This document shows positions 16,153 through 18,311 of a stretch of DNA of 18,311 bases, in pieces (positions within the stretch are counted from its first letter, which is position 1; each line of letters starts with the position of its first letter). This DNA comes from a virus. The position numbers and the translations under genes are program-made. The notes under the pieces were generated by a model. That model was not told the DNA's origin. It was given only the letters and a program-made list of their open reading frames with translations, and did not search any database. The DNA lies in IMG/VR virus record IMGVR_UViG_3300020541_000150, positions 1-18,311 of that record; one strand, given 5' to 3'.

Positions 16153-16434
16153 ATGAAGAAACATCAAATCAATGAGCAACTTAGTAAGTTATTGAAACTT
16201 ACTAACTGCTCTAACCTAGAGGTAACGGTTGACAACAACACCAGGGATTGTATGACCGTCTGGAAGCTATGGGGTAAAGGTGGGCAAATTGCCCAAGCCG
16301 AAGCACGGTTTGGATCGGAATATTCTGATCAACCCGATGGTTTTGCCTTCTATTTAGAAGGCTACAACTGGACAGATTACTGTCCTACAGTTCAAGATTG
16401 TGCCAGCCAACACAAGGAGCGCGCTCTTGTCTAA
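16153..16434 (+). CDS. Hypothetical protein (93 aa)
   Basis: Complete ORF. Confidence 0.5.
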   Translation: MKKHQINEQLSKLLKLTNCSNLEVTVDNNTRDCMTVWKLWGKGGQIAQAEARFGSEYSDQPDGFAFYLEGYNWTDYCPTVQDCASQHKERALV

Positions 16435-16435
16435 T

Positions 16436-16603
16436 ATGACCCACTATTTCGGCTACGAAGTCGAGATTAAAGATAAATCAGGGAAGTACGCCTGGTTTAT
16501 CTACCAAGACGGGGTAATCATCTTTTCAAGTGGCTACGATTACCCCACAGAAGCCACAGCCTATGACTGCGCTTGCAGTCGCATTGACACATTATTTTAT
16601 TAG
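16436..16603 (+). CDS. Hypothetical protein (55 aa)
   Basis: ATG immediately after the upstream stop; better than the listed start 16400. Confidence 0.5.
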   Translation: MTHYFGYEVEIKDKSGKYAWFIYQDGVIIFSSGYDYPTEATAYDCACSRIDTLFY

Positions 16604-16612
16604 GAGAAAATC

Positions 16613-16993
16613 ATGAAAATCATCAACGCCACTCCCCATCAAATCGTCATCTGTAGCAACCAAGGGGTTGTCCAAGATCCTAAAACCAAACAGTTCACCG
16701 CTTCGGCTGTTGAGATCCTCCACACCCTGCCACCATCGGGAATCATCCCCCGCGTGGCGATGGGGAACACCGAATCCGAACCCATTTTAGGTATTCCAGT
16801 CCAAAGCGTTCAATATGGCGAGATTGAGGGACTCCCCCCTGCGTCCCCCGACACTTATTATATAGTGTCGGGACTGGTAGCAGCAGCCGCCGTTAAAGTA
16901 AATCGGACGGATTGCCTAGCTCCGGGTGCGCTAGTCCGCAATTCTGCCAACCCATCAGAGGTGTTAGGCTGTCTTTTTTTGCAAAAGCCCTGA
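16613..16993 (+). CDS. Hypothetical protein (126 aa)
   Basis: Complete ORF preceded by TAGGAG. Confidence 0.55.
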   Translation: MKIINATPHQIVICSNQGVVQDPKTKQFTASAVEILHTLPPSGIIPRVAMGNTESEPILGIPVQSVQYGEIEGLPPASPDTYYIVSGLVAAAAVKVNRTDCLAPGALVRNSANPSEVLGCLFLQKP

Positions 16994-17100
16994 TTGGCGA
17001 CGGTTGCCCCCGGTGTGGTAGTCATAGGCTGGTTAGATATGGTTACACCGAACACGGTCGCCGCCGAATGAAATGCAAGGATTGTAATAAATTATTTTAA
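16994..17100 (+). pseudogene. Zinc-ribbon fragment resembling a transposase N-terminus
   Basis: DGCPRCGSHRLVRYGYTEHGRRRMKCKDCNKLF* in the frame of ORF 16912..17100; CPxCGS...RYGY...GRRRxxCKDC pattern seen in IS transposase N-termini. No clear native start, no downstream catalytic domain. Confidence 0.4.
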
Positions 17101-17104
17101 AATC

Positions 17105-17136
17105 AACCCTCTAAATATTTAGAGGGTTCTTTTTTT
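17105..17136. terminator. Rho-independent (bidirectional) terminator
   Basis: Perfect palindrome AACCCTCTAAATATTTAGAGGGTT (17105-17128) followed by CTTTTTTT. Confidence 0.85.
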
Positions 17137-17138
17137 GA

Positions 17139-17828
17139 TTATCTGATAATCGTTAACGTCGTAGTCTCTGGCAACTTCACCCACGGATAAACGATCCGCC
17201 AAACATCGTGACTATAAATATTTTTCGTCATGTACCGGGCGTCGGGAACTTGTTTAATCTCTATCCCCATCTTAATACTCATCGCTTTGAGAGGTCGCCA
17301 ACTGAAGTTAGACTCATGAACTTTATTGAACTTGGCAACCCTGATGATTGACGAATAATCAAAAAGTTCATCCAAAGCCTCGGACAGTTGATTGTTTTCT
17401 TCCTCAAGCAGTGCTTTCTCGGCCTCTAACTTTTCTACCTCTAACGCCAATCGTCCAGCCTCTAGCAAAGCCTGAGCATAGGTTTGTGGTAACGCAAGCG
17501 GGGTCTGAACGTGGTTATTCTTAGCAAGGGAGAAAGCCTCAACTAACCGTTCTTTGCAATCCAAAACCTGATCACTGTTTCGGGAAAACGTCATCAAAAG
17601 TGTTGCTTGTGCTTCATTCAAGAAACAGTAAGAGACTTCGTAAGCCCCACCCTGCGGGCGTCTCACCACGTCCGTTTTAAACGCGACTGGTGTTTTTCGT
17701 TCTAATCGGTCTAAATACTTTGTGATTGTTTGCAGTAAGTTCTTATGTTGAATCCCCAGTTCATCAGCAATCAATCGGGAATCGACAACTAAAGTATCGT
17801 TCTGTGTGGTAATGTCAAGAATAGCCAT
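17139..17828 (-). CDS. Phage regulatory protein, Rha-like / antirepressor-type
   Basis: N-terminal TLVVDSRLIADELGIQHKNLLQTITKYLDRLE ... GGAYEVSYCFLNEAQATLLMTFSRN, followed by a coiled-coil region and a C-terminal domain. Confidence 0.72.
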   Translation of the reverse strand: MAILDITTQNDTLVVDSRLIADELGIQHKNLLQTITKYLDRLERKTPVAFKTDVVRRPQGGAYEVSYCFLNEAQATLLMTFSRNSDQVLDCKERLVEAFSLAKNNHVQTPLALPQTYAQALLEAGRLALEVEKLEAEKALLEEENNQLSEALDELFDYSSIIRVAKFNKVHESNFSWRPLKAMSIKMGIEIKQVPDARYMTKNIYSHDVWRIVYPWVKLPETTTLTIIR

Positions 17829-17984
17829 TGTTTACTCCGTATAAGTAAGTCGTGGTTAGACCCGTTCAAAAGCCAAAACTTTTAGCGGGTTGCCTATCAA
17901 TATTATAATACAAACCCAATATCTTCACCAATAAAAATAACCCAACAATTAATAAATCATCGGGTTAGTGTTGTCCAATTTTAA

Positions 17985-18269
17985 TCAGTGTGCATTATTA
18001 TTATAGCACCCTATTTCATCATCAACCATTGCTGAAACCAAAGGTTTTCTTTCTGGAAATAAATCTTTAATTGACCTGACAGCATCAATATAAGACTTAC
18101 CGAGGTATGTTCCATTCTCTCCAAAACTAACAGGGATATCAGAAACCGCCCACCACCCAGACCGACCTCTGAACTCAACATACCAATAACCATATTGGGT
18201 ATTTTCTCCCGTTGTTTTGGCTATTAAATTATTTAATTGTTCTGTTTTTGTTTGCATTCGCAACATCAT
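17985..18269 (-). CDS. Hypothetical protein (94 aa)
   Basis: Complete ORF on the minus strand. Confidence 0.45.
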   Translation of the reverse strand: MMLRMQTKTEQLNNLIAKTTGENTQYGYWYVEFRGRSGWWAVSDIPVSFGENGTYLGKSYIDAVRSIKDLFPERKPLVSAMVDDEIGCYNNNAH

Positions 18270-18311
18270 TTCCTCTCTAATTTTCCCTTGAAGTTCCCAG
18301 ATATCTTTTTT

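Noticed and set aside
16847-16872. Perfect 9-bp hairpin CCCGACACT/AGTGTCGGG as a regulatory RNA or terminator
   Set aside because: Lies inside ORF 16613-16993 with no following T-run; could be chance or a minor mRNA structure.

Overview
This is a cyanobacterial-type window: HIP1 motifs (GCGATCGC) recur and gene content looks phage or prophage-like. It carries dnaB, a C5-cytosine methyltransferase, thyX, tmk, an unlisted small nblA-like gene, a PAPS-reductase-like gene, an XRE-ImmA/PIN pair and a Rha-like regulator. The standout locus is 4434-7910. A canonical 432-aa IscB nuclease (PLMP, RuvC, bridge helix, HNH) is preceded by a structured omega-RNA-like non-coding region and followed by a CRISPR-like array. 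The array has 14 repeats of 36 nt, 13 of them identical, and 13 variable spacers of 25-52 nt. The predicted 5' end of the upstream RNA, just after a TTGTTT-N17-TACAAT promoter, carries a 16-nt segment complementary to the repeat. Pairing is 15/16 Watson-Crick with the degenerate distal repeats and 15/16 including G:U wobbles with the main repeat. No room appears to be left for a cis-encoded 5' guide. I infer a candidate dual-RNA IscB system (tracrRNA-like omegaRNA plus array-encoded guides), a Cas9-like layout built around an IscB and apparently on a phage/prophage-like element. Degenerate repeats continue for about 0.8 kb between tiny ORFs. No cas1/cas2 or IS200/IS605 tnpA is visible in the window. 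Everything here was read by eye; no searches or folding software were used.
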